From Paludibacteraceae bacterium (GTDB lineage: Bacteria; Bacteroidota; Bacteroidia; Bacteroidales; Paludibacteraceae), in NCBI GenBank assembly GCA_051878345.1, contig JBJEJX010000074.1, positions 13,389 through 77,388 on the forward strand: a stretch of 64,000 nt of DNA. The letters are read 5' to 3'. The position numbers were made by a program, and so were the translations under genes. Below are positions 53,187-63,668 of this stretch, piece after piece. Each line of letters starts with the position of its first letter. Position 1 is the stretch's first letter. The notes below the pieces were generated by a model. That model searched no databases, was not told the origin of the DNA, and saw nothing but the letters and a program-made list of their open reading frames with translations.

Positions 53187-56100
53187 TTATTGAATCGTCT
53201 CGCCCAAAACGGTGTAGGTCTTGTCGCCGCGGAGGATGAGCACTTGTCCGTTGCGAACCACCTTACGCAAGCCCTTTGCCTCGTCGGCTGCAGTGTTGAG
53301 ATTGCCCGTAGGAGCATCGTACTCCGTCATGTTGAAGAACTCGCTCCAGTACTCATCGGCTTGGTATAGCCCGATGGTGCCACGAGGCACAAAGACGGGT
53401 GTCTCACGGTCAACGTCCTCAAAGGTCTTTGCCTCGATGGTCGGCGGCACGAGGGCGTTGACATACATCATTTGCATCCTCTCGCAACCTGCGAAGCCGT
53501 TGTCAGCAATCTTCTTCATGGTAGAGGGGATGACCAGTTCGTTGAGGTATGTGCAACCGTAGAAAGCAGCCAAACCTACTTCTTCCACGCCTTCGGGCAA
53601 AGTGAGATTGCGTAGGCTGTGGCAGTTGTAGAACGCCCAGTCGCCAATAGTCTCTACCTTGTTGCCCGCGAAGGTTACGCTCGTCATCGAACGGCAATCC
53701 TCGAAAGCACTCACGCCGATATAGGTTACTCCCGCGGGGATAGTGATAGCGGACAGATAGCGGCAACTGCGTAAAGCGTTATCGTCTATTACCTCCAAAT
53801 CATTTGGCAAGATATAGGTTCGAAGTACATCCGAGTGGTATGTGATGGCTATCCGAGACATATCGGTATTGCTTGCAGCCGACAAGTCCACATACGGGCA
53901 GGTAGAGTAACTCATAGATGCCTCACCATTAGTGATAATCAAGGTGTCTTGTATATCTAACTCACTGACAAATCCGGCAGGCACTTTTAAGTAGCGAACT
54001 TTCTTTCCAGCCATAGCCCAGCCATCTACTTTGGCTGTATTTCCAAGATACTCAATGCGGTCCATGGAACCTCCAAATCCTCTGAAGCAACCATAACCCA
54101 TAAATCCGACGGACGCAGGAATGATAAGTTCTTTCACAAGATATGTGGGATAGTTGTAATCAATTGTTGTGAAAGCGTTCTCTGCAATAGTCGTAATGCC
54201 ATCCGCGAATTGGATTCTACATAAAGTATCTATGCGCTCACGGTAAGTATCCGATTTCCATGCAGGATAGGTCTCCAAGTCCATGGCTCCTGTACCTGTA
54301 ATGGAAAGTTCTTTGGTAGTCTTGTCCCATGTCCAATAGAGGTCTGTACCACATTTGCCGCCGAAGTCTCCTGCTGCGAAAGTGGCGTAGAGCGTGGTGT
54401 CGGAGATGAGTCGGAAAGTGCGCTCGGGACGTCCATTGCCGTCTGACCACTCAACGAAATGGTAACCCTCATTTGGAGTAGCGGTAATCGTTACGTAGTC
54501 GCCGGTATTGTATGCGCCACCACCGCTAACCGTACCCATGGAAGCACACGCAGCAGTTGGTGCGACTACAACTGAGGCAGGAACGATTTCGGCGAACAAT
54601 GCTACCACGATGGTATCGGAATAAATATCCATACTCAGATAGGTGTCAGTCTCTCCGTTGCTCCAACCTACAAAATAGTAACCATCATAAGGATAGGCTC
54701 TGCGGCTGATGTAGTTGTCACAGTCGTATATTTTTCCCTCAAAACCGCCATTAGATAAATAGCCGCCTTCGCCTGCGGTAATGCTTATTTCGTATGATTT
54801 TGCATCAAACAGCGATTCTATCACGGTGTCAGAAGTTATGGTAATAATGCGGTCATATTTCTCCGTATTGCCATCGCTCCAACCGAGCCAATTGCCGCAA
54901 CTACCGTTTTCACTAATTATGACCTGCATACCTTCCAGTACGTTCTTTGTGGTATTCCCCCAAAAATCGTATGTATAAACAGAATTGCTATTATAGTCCA
55001 CATATTGAATATCCCCTTCTATGGAATACCCTTTTAGTACTACTTTGTGGAAAGGAACGGCAGTAAAATCAGCAGTGAGTTTTGTGTCTTCGGTAAGTGC
55101 GAGGGTGCGAGGATTCTCTGTGTTACCATCACTCCATTGGGAGAACTTGTAGTAATAAGTATTGTTAGATGCTGCGTAAATAGTAGCGATATTATTGTCG
55201 CAATCGGAGTACAATACATATGCATATCCTCCCGGTGTTGCAGACAAATCCAATGGATAAGACAATCCGTATAGGTTCATATACTGCCATATATCTGCCT
55301 CATTGTAGGCACTTAGTGCGGAGCAAAGAACACATATTTTTGCATCGGACTTAAACGTATTACTTTTTATGGTTGGAGGTGTCATACTTTTTAGATACAC
55401 TTGTTTACAACTGCTGAAAGCATATTCACCAATTTCGGTAACGGTAGAAGGAATGGTGACAGAGGTTAGGTCAGAGCAATTGTCGAAAGCACAAGAGTTA
55501 ATAGTTGTTACCCCCTCGGGGATGTTTACATACCTAAGAGCAGGGCAATCGGCAAAAGAGTATGCTTCAATCCTTGTGAGATTAGAAGGGATGGTCACAG
55601 AATCCATATTACAACCGACAAAAGCCCGCTGCCCAATTGATGTGATGCTTTCTGGAAGGACTAAATTCGTTAACCATGTACAGCCATAGAATGTAGCTAC
55701 TCCTATGCTGTCCACACCATTGGGAATGCTAATAGTATGGAGTGAGGTATTATTGCAAAATGCATAGTTCCCAATCTTAATTACATTAGCAGGGATAGTC
55801 GCATCCGTAACTAATACATCGTTGATATACAAATTCTTAGAACGTACAGCAGGGTTTGCGTAAGAATCTGCAAAACGAATAGCACACCACCCGGCTAAAT
55901 CACCTGTGTAGTTTGTTTTTACCAAACGGTTACCGTAAAACGACTCATATCCAAAGGCATCTTCGCCTATTTCGGTTACACCACTACCGATAGTAACGGA
56001 AGTTATCGCATTGTTGTAATAAAAAGCAGAACTACCAATGCTTGTTACACTGTTGGGTATGGTAATTGTGTATAAGGGGCAATCACTAAATGCAGAATTA

Positions 56101-56444
56101 CCAATTGTTGTCACCGTGTTAGGAATTGTTACAGAAGTTAGGTTTGTACAATTCCAAAACGCACAAGTACCAATAGAGGTTAGTCCCTCTGGTAAAGAGA
56201 GCGAAGTGATGTTGCTTCGTACAAAAGACCACGGTGCTACAATCAAAGGTTCTTCCTCATCATCTGGGTTCCAATAACCATCTCTAACATAGTCCGTCAT
56301 CGCTCCTGTGCCTTCAATGGTGAGGGCTTGGGTCTCGGTGTCATAAGACCATGTGAGGTTGTCGCCGCAGGTGCCGCTTACGACATTTGCGTGCAGGGCT
56401 ATGCTACATAGCACCATACACAGAAAAAGAGTTAGTTTTCTCAT
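53187..56444 (-). CDS. Large BspA-type LRR surface protein with Listeria-Bacteroides-type repeats
   Basis: 1085 aa with a signal peptide and LRR_5-like repeats at both ends. Central repeats follow the G(Y/W).F.(G/E)WSDGN pattern. The C-terminal tail is VVRNGQVLILRGDKTYTVLGE. Confidence 0.85.
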   Translation of the reverse strand: MRKLTLFLCMVLCSIALHANVVSGTCGDNLTWSYDTETQALTIEGTGAMTDYVRDGYWNPDDEEEPLIVAPWSFVRSNITSLSLPEGLTSIGTCAFWNCTNLTSVTIPNTVTTIGNSAFSDCPLYTITIPNSVTSIGSSAFYYNNAITSVTIGSGVTEIGEDAFGYESFYGNRLVKTNYTGDLAGWCAIRFADSYANPAVRSKNLYINDVLVTDATIPANVIKIGNYAFCNNTSLHTISIPNGVDSIGVATFYGCTWLTNLVLPESITSIGQRAFVGCNMDSVTIPSNLTRIEAYSFADCPALRYVNIPEGVTTINSCAFDNCSDLTSVTIPSTVTEIGEYAFSSCKQVYLKSMTPPTIKSNTFKSDAKICVLCSALSAYNEADIWQYMNLYGLSYPLDLSATPGGYAYVLYSDCDNNIATIYAASNNTYYYKFSQWSDGNTENPRTLALTEDTKLTADFTAVPFHKVVLKGYSIEGDIQYVDYNSNSVYTYDFWGNTTKNVLEGMQVIISENGSCGNWLGWSDGNTEKYDRIITITSDTVIESLFDAKSYEISITAGEGGYLSNGGFEGKIYDCDNYISRRAYPYDGYYFVGWSNGETDTYLSMDIYSDTIVVALFAEIVPASVVVAPTAACASMGTVSGGGAYNTGDYVTITATPNEGYHFVEWSDGNGRPERTFRLISDTTLYATFAAGDFGGKCGTDLYWTWDKTTKELSITGTGAMDLETYPAWKSDTYRERIDTLCRIQFADGITTIAENAFTTIDYNYPTYLVKELIIPASVGFMGYGCFRGFGGSMDRIEYLGNTAKVDGWAMAGKKVRYLKVPAGFVSELDIQDTLIITNGEASMSYSTCPYVDLSAASNTDMSRIAITYHSDVLRTYILPNDLEVIDDNALRSCRYLSAITIPAGVTYIGVSAFEDCRSMTSVTFAGNKVETIGDWAFYNCHSLRNLTLPEGVEEVGLAAFYGCTYLNELVIPSTMKKIADNGFAGCERMQMMYVNALVPPTIEAKTFEDVDRETPVFVPRGTIGLYQADEYWSEFFNMTEYDAPTGNLNTAADEAKGLRKVVRNGQVLILRGDKTYTVLGETIQ

Positions 56445-56779
56445 AAATGTTTAACTTTTGATTTGATAATATATATTGTATTGTTTTGGTTTTGTGCGTG
56501 AGGTGGGCTTATTCTTACTCTCTGATGAGTGGCGTTCTACTACAAAGGTATATACACAAAAAAAGCGTGAACTTTCGTTTCGCTTCATTTGATTCTTTGA
56601 GGTTCTGGACTACCTTATGTATTCAAATTTACGCACAGAAAACTCACGCCAACACGTGAGCGTGCATAAACCTGTGCTTGAATACATAAAATTCTTGAAA
56701 GTGTCCAGTTTTCAAAGAATCAAGTGAGGCTTATAACGCTTTTACTAAAATATGTACTCCCACTAATCAACTGCGGATG

Positions 56780-56812
56780 CAAAGGTACTGCTTTTTTACG
56801 AAATATGCAAGG
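56780..56812 (-). promoter_or_regulatory. Promoter (-7 TACCTTTG on minus strand) with a ~335-nt structured leader
   Basis: The plus strand reads caaaggta at 56780-56787 in the context gcaaaggtactgctttttt. Confidence 0.6.
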
Positions 56813-56868
56813 GCATTGGGAGAAAAAATGTGTTTTTGTGCCACAAAACATGTTTTCCCGCGCGCAGA

Positions 56869-57237
56869 TTTTTCGCGAGTCTATCGCGGGTCTATCGGAA
56901 CATTACCGCAGGTCTGTCGCAGGTCGGTCGCAGGTCGTCTCCTGCCGCAGAACCGTAACACATTAAGGCGCTACACTCACGACCGACCCGCGATAGACTC
57001 ACGACCGACCCGCGATAGACCCGCGAAAAGTGTGCTTGTTCGTAATGCAGAAAAGTGTATCGGTGAACCAGTGAACCAGCGAACCGGCAGTTTCCATAAA
57101 TACACCCGCGCGCGTACGCATATATGTTTTAGAAAAGTGCTGGTTCACTGGTTCACCGGTTCACCTCCCCTCCCTTTGCCCCGCCCCCGCAAGAGTAGCG
57201 CAAGGGTAGCGGAAAGGTAGCGCAAGGGTAGCGGAAA
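56869..57237. repeat. Composite repeat block, copy 3 (GACCCGCGATA units in both orientations, GGTGAACC inverted arms, CGCTACCCTT units inverted)
   Basis: Direct reading. Related to 16783-16955 and 36772-36903. Confidence 0.8.
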
Positions 57238-57411
57238 CTGACTTAGGGTTGAGGGTGGAATGTGGGTGGATTGAGGGAGGAATGTTGGAATGGGTGGGTA
57301 GGGAATGAGTGGGTAGGGAATGAGTGGGTAGAGAATGAGTGGGTGGGGAATGGAGCACGGGCTTTTTTTGTGGGAGGGGGGGCGGGAATGGGCGGGTGAG
57401 GGCGTTTGGGG

Positions 57412-58104
57412 TTAGAAGCGGTAGCCAATGCCTATGTAGCCTTTCTGCGGGAGGGCGTAGGAAACGGTGTGCGGATAGTTGAGTATGTCGCTAATGGCAC
57501 ACTGGTAGCCGAGGTTTATCTGCAACCCGAACCAAAACTCGTAACCCACCGTGATACCCAGCCCGGAATAGTTGTCCGCCAACACCATGTGCTCCTCACC
57601 CGTCAGTTCATCGGAGGAATAGATACGCTTGAACGGGTCGGTGTGTTCGGAGGACGAGTCGCCGTACATCAGCCCGCGGAAGACAAAGGTACTGAAAGGT
57701 CCTCCGCCGAACTGGACGGCTCCGCGCTTGCCGAACTCGTAGCGTCCGAGCAGATAGACGGGCATATTCATGCCGAAAATCCACAGGTCGTCCCGCGTGG
57801 CACCGTTGCGCAGGAGCATGTGCTCCGCGCCCAGCAGCAAGTTTACCTGCACCACCAAGTGCGGCGTGCAGTTGAAGTCAATGAACCCTCCTATCTCGCC
57901 CGACATACGCGGGGCGGCGGTGATAGGGGACGCCTGCGCGGCGACCACCTCGTGGAGCAACATGCCGCTCATGGTGGCACTCAGTTTGAAGCCGCCTGTT
58001 ACCACTTTGCGCACCTGCTCCGTGCTGTCGTTGGGAATGAACACACGCGCTTGGAGAGTCGCGGCGAGGAGCGTTGCCAACAGGGATAGCGTCAATCGTT
58101 TCAT
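57412..58104 (-). CDS. Outer-membrane beta-barrel protein (porin-family/OMP_b-brl-like)
   Basis: 230 aa with a signal peptide, alternating hydrophobic strands and the C-terminal GIGYRF. Confidence 0.7.
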   Translation of the reverse strand: MKRLTLSLLATLLAATLQARVFIPNDSTEQVRKVVTGGFKLSATMSGMLLHEVVAAQASPITAAPRMSGEIGGFIDFNCTPHLVVQVNLLLGAEHMLLRNGATRDDLWIFGMNMPVYLLGRYEFGKRGAVQFGGGPFSTFVFRGLMYGDSSSEHTDPFKRIYSSDELTGEEHMVLADNYSGLGITVGYEFWFGLQINLGYQCAISDILNYPHTVSYALPQKGYIGIGYRF

Positions 58105-58107
58105 GGG

Positions 58108-58215
58108 GTTGAGGGTTGAGAGTTGAGGGTTGAGAGTTGAGGGTTGAGAGTTATCGGAGTATTCGGAGTACTCAGAGTATTCTGAGTATTCTGAGTATTC
58201 AGAGTATTCTGATTA
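58108..58215. repeat. GTTGAG(R) array followed by a ~9-bp GAGTATTCT array
   Basis: Direct reading. The array begins 4 nt upstream of the OMP start codon. Confidence 0.85.
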
Positions 58216-58226
58216 TTCAGAGTCTC

Positions 58227-60870
58227 TTACAGCGAGAAGCGGAAAGTGAAGCGTATGCCGTTCTTCTTCCAGCCGCTCAGTCCGTCGTTGTAGTTGAGGC
58301 GGCGCACATAGTCCACACGCAGGAACTTGAAGATATTTTCCACACCCGCCGTGAGTTCCATGTAAGGCACCTTTCCCATCGGGCTGCAACCGTCCGGCAG
58401 CACATACAGCCCTTCGCCCGATATGAGGGGGTTGTTCTTCGCCGACAATCCGCCGTAAATGCCGCTGAACGAGACGACCTCGCGCAGTTTGAGTTTCTTC
58501 CACCCCGGTATGCGGTTGAATATCCATCCTTTCAGGTAGTAGGTCATGTACCACGCCACATAGTGGTCCATCGTGAACTCCATGGGTTTCATCATGTTGA
58601 AAGTGTTGGGCGTCATGAAGAGCGACTGGTTGCTGTTGGGGATAAAGAGTTTCGGGAACGGCACCTTGTTCCACACGATACCCGTCTGCACCATCAGGTC
58701 GATATGTCCGAAAGAGGAGAGCCAGAACCGTTTCTCGGCGGAAATCTCGGTGTAGTTGTACAGCCGGTTGAAGTCGAACACGCCTATTTGGTGTTTCAGC
58801 CGTATCACGGGTGCGTCTTTCGCGAGGTTGAAGACCGACTCTTTGCCCATGCGGTTTTTGTACATCGGCTGTCCGGGCGTGAAGCGCAACTCCGCCGTGA
58901 GGCTCAGGTCGTGGAACATCCGGACGGGCTGCGTGGTGCCGTCGGCGAGGATACGGTCAGCGGAGCGAGCCCGCCGCCTCGTTGTTCTGGTACTGCGCGC
59001 TGAGGTCTATCGCCAGCCTGTTCTCCCACTCCTTCTCATAGCGCAGGCACGCGGTATAGACATACTGCATCGCGGTGGGCACGGAGCCCGTGGGAATGGA
59101 CATAATGACATTGTCCCGGTCGAACTGCGCAAACGACTGCCCGGGCACCTCCATATCGTATTGGCTGCTCAGGTACAGCGCGTGGCGGAGCGACTCGTAG
59201 GGGTGGTACTCCTTCTCGTTGAAAGAGTAAATGAGCGTGGCGTTGTGCTTCACGCGCAGGTCGCTGCAGCCGAGTGCGACATAGCCGCTCAGGAACCAGT
59301 GTTTGTTCATGTTGGCGGTCGTCATGCCTCCCACGCGCAGGCGCACGCCCTCCACCTTGTTGTAACTAATCAGGTTCCAAATGGGTCCGAAGTCGAACTT
59401 GCTGTCCGCGAAGTCCTTGCTCGTGGGGATATACTCCGCCACGAACACATCTATCGTCCGCACAATGCCCTGAAACTTCTTCACGCCGCGCAACTCCTTA
59501 ATGAGCGAGTCCATAACTGACTCTTTCTGCGTGAGCGGCACGGGTCGGATATGCGTCCATTGCTGTTTGGTGTATTCCATCGCGCTGTCCAGCATCACCG
59601 ACTTGTCTTTCATGCCCGCAAAGAGCGAGTCGGGCACCTCCGCCGCGAAGTCGTAGCCGCTGAAGAGTCGGCGGTTGTGCGTGTAGAGTTGGCGCATCTT
59701 CTTGAAGAGGTAGAAACGCGAGTAGGTGTTTATCTCCTCTGGCGCCCACATCCCGTTCTCCAACTGCCGAAACGACTGCTCTATGCTCAAATCGCGCACG
59801 AAGTTCATGTTGATATGCGGCGGCACATTAATGCTGTATTTCTTCAGCGCGTAGGTCGAGTCGCACACCACATACAAATGCCCCGTGAAGCCGAAACTCT
59901 CCGAGTTGACGGGCACGAAGGCGAGGTCGATACAGCGCGTCCCCTCCACCGTCAGCGTGTCTTGGATATAGTAGTGGTAGAAGCCGACCGCCAGCGCAGA
60001 CGACAAGGGCGACACGAAGCGGTTGAGCATAATCTCTATGTCGTCCTCGAAGATATCCACGCGCGTGAACATCGCGTCAATGTTGCCGTCCAGTCCGTTC
60101 TTCGCCAGCATCTTCTCCACGCCCTGTATCCGCTTGGCTTTCACCACCTGCCGCTCCTGCCGGGGCTTGCGGCGGTAGTAGCGGTCGCTCAGCGTCTCGC
60201 GAATGGAAATGGTCAGCACGGGGTTGTTGTTGAACTGCGCCGTGTCCACATAGTGCTCGATAAAGTCGAAGTTGCGCCAGAACTTGTTTTTCTGAAAGTC
60301 GAAGTCGAACTGGTCAAGCGCCATTATCAACTTCTCGTACTCCTCCACTTTGTAGCGGTCGGCGGCTTCCAGACGGTTGTCTTTCTTGTGCGCAATCACA
60401 TTCTTCACCAGTTCCACGGCGGGGTTTCCCTTGCGCGTGTAGTGCTCACGCCGCTTGGGAGTGGGGGCGACCACCACCTCCTGCAACCCGTACACATCGG
60501 GCTCCAGCCGCAGGGTGTAGTTCTTCTGGAAATGTCCGGGGCGCAGGTTGACGAGCGCGGTCTTGTAGCCGACCATGGAGGCCTGCACCGTGGTCAGCCC
60601 CTGCGTGTTGCCCAGCGTGAAACGCCCCTCCAAGTCGGAGGTGGTACCTATCGAAGAACCGACGAACAACATCTGCACAAAAGGAATGGTGTCGCCCGTC
60701 TCCGCGTCCAGCGTAATGCCGGAGAACCCCGTCGTGCTCCCTCGTTCCGACGACGGCACGGGACGAGAAGTGCGGGGCACGCTGTCCTGCGTCTGCCCCG
60801 CACACACATTACACAACCCGTTCAGCACCCATATCGTAAAAAGCAAGGTAAAGGTCTTTCTGATCTTCAT
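58227..60870 (-). pseudogene. DUF5686-like / carboxypeptidase-regulatory-like outer membrane protein split by a frameshift
   Basis: Two ORFs (58957..60870 and 58227..58919) sit in adjacent frames. My translation shows the downstream frame open from about 59000 (..DRILADGTTQPVRMFHDL..). The summed length of about 870 aa fits a single protein. Confidence 0.7.
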
Positions 60871-61041
60871 AGTAACAAGCCTTCGGTTGTTATTCCGTTT
60901 CGGCTGCAAAGGTACTGCCTTTCCGCCGCCCCCGCAATATCATTTCTTCCCAAAAACATGGCAAAACCGAACAAAACCGCCACCAAAGCCCCGCCGCCGG
61001 ACAATCGCCCGACGGCGAAGCGGTCTTTGTCGCTCGGCGTG

Positions 61042-61209
61042 TTACCACCATCCTACCGATTTGGTGAACAGCAGGAAGCCCAGCAGGGCGGCAACCGGCG
61101 TGATAATGACATAGTGGTACCAGGCATAGTGCCAGCAACCACCCATGCAAAAGAAGAATACGGTTGCGGCTAACCATAAAAGCCACAGGATAATCCATTT
61201 CGTGTACAT
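61042..61209 (-). CDS. Possible 55-aa two-TM membrane peptide
   Basis: Own translation gives MYTKWIILWLLWLAATVFFFCMGGCWHYAWYHYVIITPVAALLGFLLFTKSVGWW. It lies 41 nt downstream of the preceding gene and is below the ORF-track size cutoff. Confidence 0.35.
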   Translation of the reverse strand: MYTKWIILWLLWLAATVFFFCMGGCWHYAWYHYVIITPVAALLGFLLFTKSVGWW

Positions 61210-61250
61210 AGTCGTTGCGTTTTTATTATCACAAGGTTAATCGCCGGTGC

Positions 61251-62405
61251 TTACAGGGTATCGAACTTCTCGCCCGTCAGTTTGGCGTCCGAGTACAACT
61301 CCCGCGGCAGCACATTCGGGTAGGCATGCCACTGGCGAATCGACATCGTCCCGCGTCCGTTGTGGAGCGTCTGCCGCGTGCCGTCGTTGTGCAGCCACTC
61401 GCCCTCCACGCGGTCGAACATCAGCGTGGCAACGGGGTTGTCGGGCACTTGGAAGGTTACGCCCCATGTCGTCGCGTTCGCCACATGCGCTTTCACATGC
61501 AGCACGCCGCCTTCCGTGGCGATATAGATATGGTAGTTCTCGGGGAAGAAGCCGTCCAACTCGCGGAAGAACACCCAGTCGGAGTGGCGGATATTCATCA
61601 CATCGCCGTCGTGGTAGCCGCCGCGCAACTTGCCGTTGGAGGCGTAGTGTTTCTGCGTCAGCAGGTCGAAGACGGAGAAGTCTTTCATGCCCGCCCGCAT
61701 GTCGTAGAGCGAGCAGTGCACCTCGTCGAAAGCCACCCATCCCCAGTCTTCCCATGCGCCTAACTCGGCAGCCGAGGAGTCCACCGCCACATAGCGTTCG
61801 CGGATACCCTGACCCTTCACCGCGATGGCGTTCGCCTCTGCGCCGAGCCGAATCCAACCTTCCACATTGCCTGCCCAGTTGTAGCCGTAGGTAATGCTGT
61901 GTTGCGTCAGCGCGGACGGCACCGTCTTGCCGTACCAGAGCGGACGCCCCTCGGGACGGTGCCACAGGTCTGCCTGATAAGCGTTCTCCTTGCTGTGCAA
62001 CTCAAGGTGCCAACTATGGTCGGCGTAGCAGGTAACACGATACGACGAACCGCAGGTAACAATCACTCGGTCAGACAGTTGCTCTATCTGCAACGACCCT
62101 TTCGGCTCGCGGTACATCTGCTCGTAGTGGGTCTGATTCGAGAAGTCCGCCACCCGATAAATGGAACTCTCCAACTGACGAATGTTGCCTGTCCCCTTCG
62201 TCCAGTTCAGGTTCACCACATCCAACTGCTCCTGTGCCAGCGAGAGAATGGATCCGCCCACGAAATAGCGCTCCCCGTCCTCGCCCGTCAGAGAGAATTG
62301 GTGCAACCAATCCAAGAATCCGCTTCGCACTTGTTCTTCCACGCCGCTGCGCGCCTCGTCGGCAAGTGTTACCTCCAAGTGTTTCTCTTCTGCCAATGTT
62401 TTCAT
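61251..62405 (-). CDS. Hypothetical protein
   Basis: Start moved to ATG 62405 (MKTLAEEKHLEV). 384 aa, no motif recognised. A -7-like box (TATTTTTG, revcomp) lies near 62472-62479. Confidence 0.6.
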   Translation of the reverse strand: MKTLAEEKHLEVTLADEARSGVEEQVRSGFLDWLHQFSLTGEDGERYFVGGSILSLAQEQLDVVNLNWTKGTGNIRQLESSIYRVADFSNQTHYEQMYREPKGSLQIEQLSDRVIVTCGSSYRVTCYADHSWHLELHSKENAYQADLWHRPEGRPLWYGKTVPSALTQHSITYGYNWAGNVEGWIRLGAEANAIAVKGQGIRERYVAVDSSAAELGAWEDWGWVAFDEVHCSLYDMRAGMKDFSVFDLLTQKHYASNGKLRGGYHDGDVMNIRHSDWVFFRELDGFFPENYHIYIATEGGVLHVKAHVANATTWGVTFQVPDNPVATLMFDRVEGEWLHNDGTRQTLHNGRGTMSIRQWHAYPNVLPRELYSDAKLTGEKFDTL

Positions 62406-62656
62406 AACAGTGAAAGTTTTTTGGTTAATAATATGAGGAGTATAGAAAAAATACCCTCGGAATTTCGAGGGCAAAAATACTGCTTTTCAAGAATACGGGA
62501 AATAGTAGAATAGGGAAAAGAGTAGGCAAAAAGGCGGAAAAGTGAAAGAACAGGTACGCAAAAGCGGGGAAATAGTAGGCAAAATGTCGCCTGAATTTTG
62601 CAAAAACAAATTATTATCCGTATCTTTGCACCGCAAACAACAAACGAAGCGCCGCA

Positions 62657-63552
62657 ATGGAAATCATTGACCACAACTTTATCATCCGCGAGGACTGCCC
62701 GCACATGGGACGCGACTTTGTGCTCTACCACGACGCCCATCCGCGGCGAAAACTCGGCAAAGCCTTCTCCCTGCAAAACTATGCGCTGGTTACCATCGTG
62801 GAAGCGGGGGAGTTGGATCTCAACATCAACGGTATCTTCACATGCCGCATTCGCGGCAAGGGATTGCTCTACCATCTCCCCGACCAAATCTTCACCCTCG
62901 AACACATGTCGGACGACTTCGCGGGCAGGTTATCATCATGTCCAACGATTTCATCTCACACTTGGGTTTGGAGGTGCAAATGGAGACCAGTTGGCACCTT
63001 ATGCAACAACCTTTCCTGCCGCTGAACAACCAGGCAATGGACGCCATCCTCAATGTGTACGAGATGTATGCCGCCATGCTGTTGCAGACCAACAACCCGC
63101 ACCGCTTCACCATCGTGCAGCACCTCACGAGGGCGTATTTCCTGAGTTTCGACTTCTACTACCACTCCCACTTTCCCGACACCATGTCGCGGAACCGCAA
63201 CCATGCCCTCACGCAGCAGTTCTTCAACCTCCTGCGGCAGCATGTCCACAAGGAGCATACCGTGCAGTACTATGCCGACCGCCTGCACATAACCCCCAAG
63301 TATCTGAGTGCCTGTATCAAACAGGCGACGGGGCAGAACGCCAAGCAGTGTATCGACAAATACCTCGTCAAATACGCGCAACATCTGCTCACCACCGAAA
63401 TGCGCCCCGCCAAGCCGGACACGCTCCCCGTGGCGCGCACCGTTGCCCAAGTGGCATACGAACTCGGCTTCTCAGACCCCGCCACCTTCAGCCGCTACTT
63501 CTACAACCAAACAGGCATCCGTCCCCGCGACTGGCGCGAACGCATACGCTAA
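62657..63552 (+). pseudogene. AraC family transcriptional regulator split by a frameshift near 62921-62930
   Basis: The N-terminal ORF 62657..63025 and the C-terminal ORF (..VIIMSNDFISHLG.. to the HTH YYADRLHITPKYLSACIKQ, VAYELGFSDPATFSRYF) overlap in different frames. Confidence 0.7.
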
Positions 63553-63554
63553 AG

Positions 63555-63663
63555 TAGAACAAGGAACCAAGAACCAGGAGCCAAGACTGATTACCTTTGA
63601 CTATACAAGTCTAATCGGTCTTGACTCCTGGTTCTTGGCTCTTGGTTCCTTGCTCCTGGCTCC
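63555..63663. repeat. Long imperfect palindrome of GGAACCAAGAACC-type low-complexity arms
   Basis: aacaaggaaccaagaaccaggagccaagactgatta faces taatcggtcttgactcctggttcttggctcttggttccttg, with an ~18-nt spacer. Confidence 0.8.
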
Positions 63664-63668
63664 GAAAA

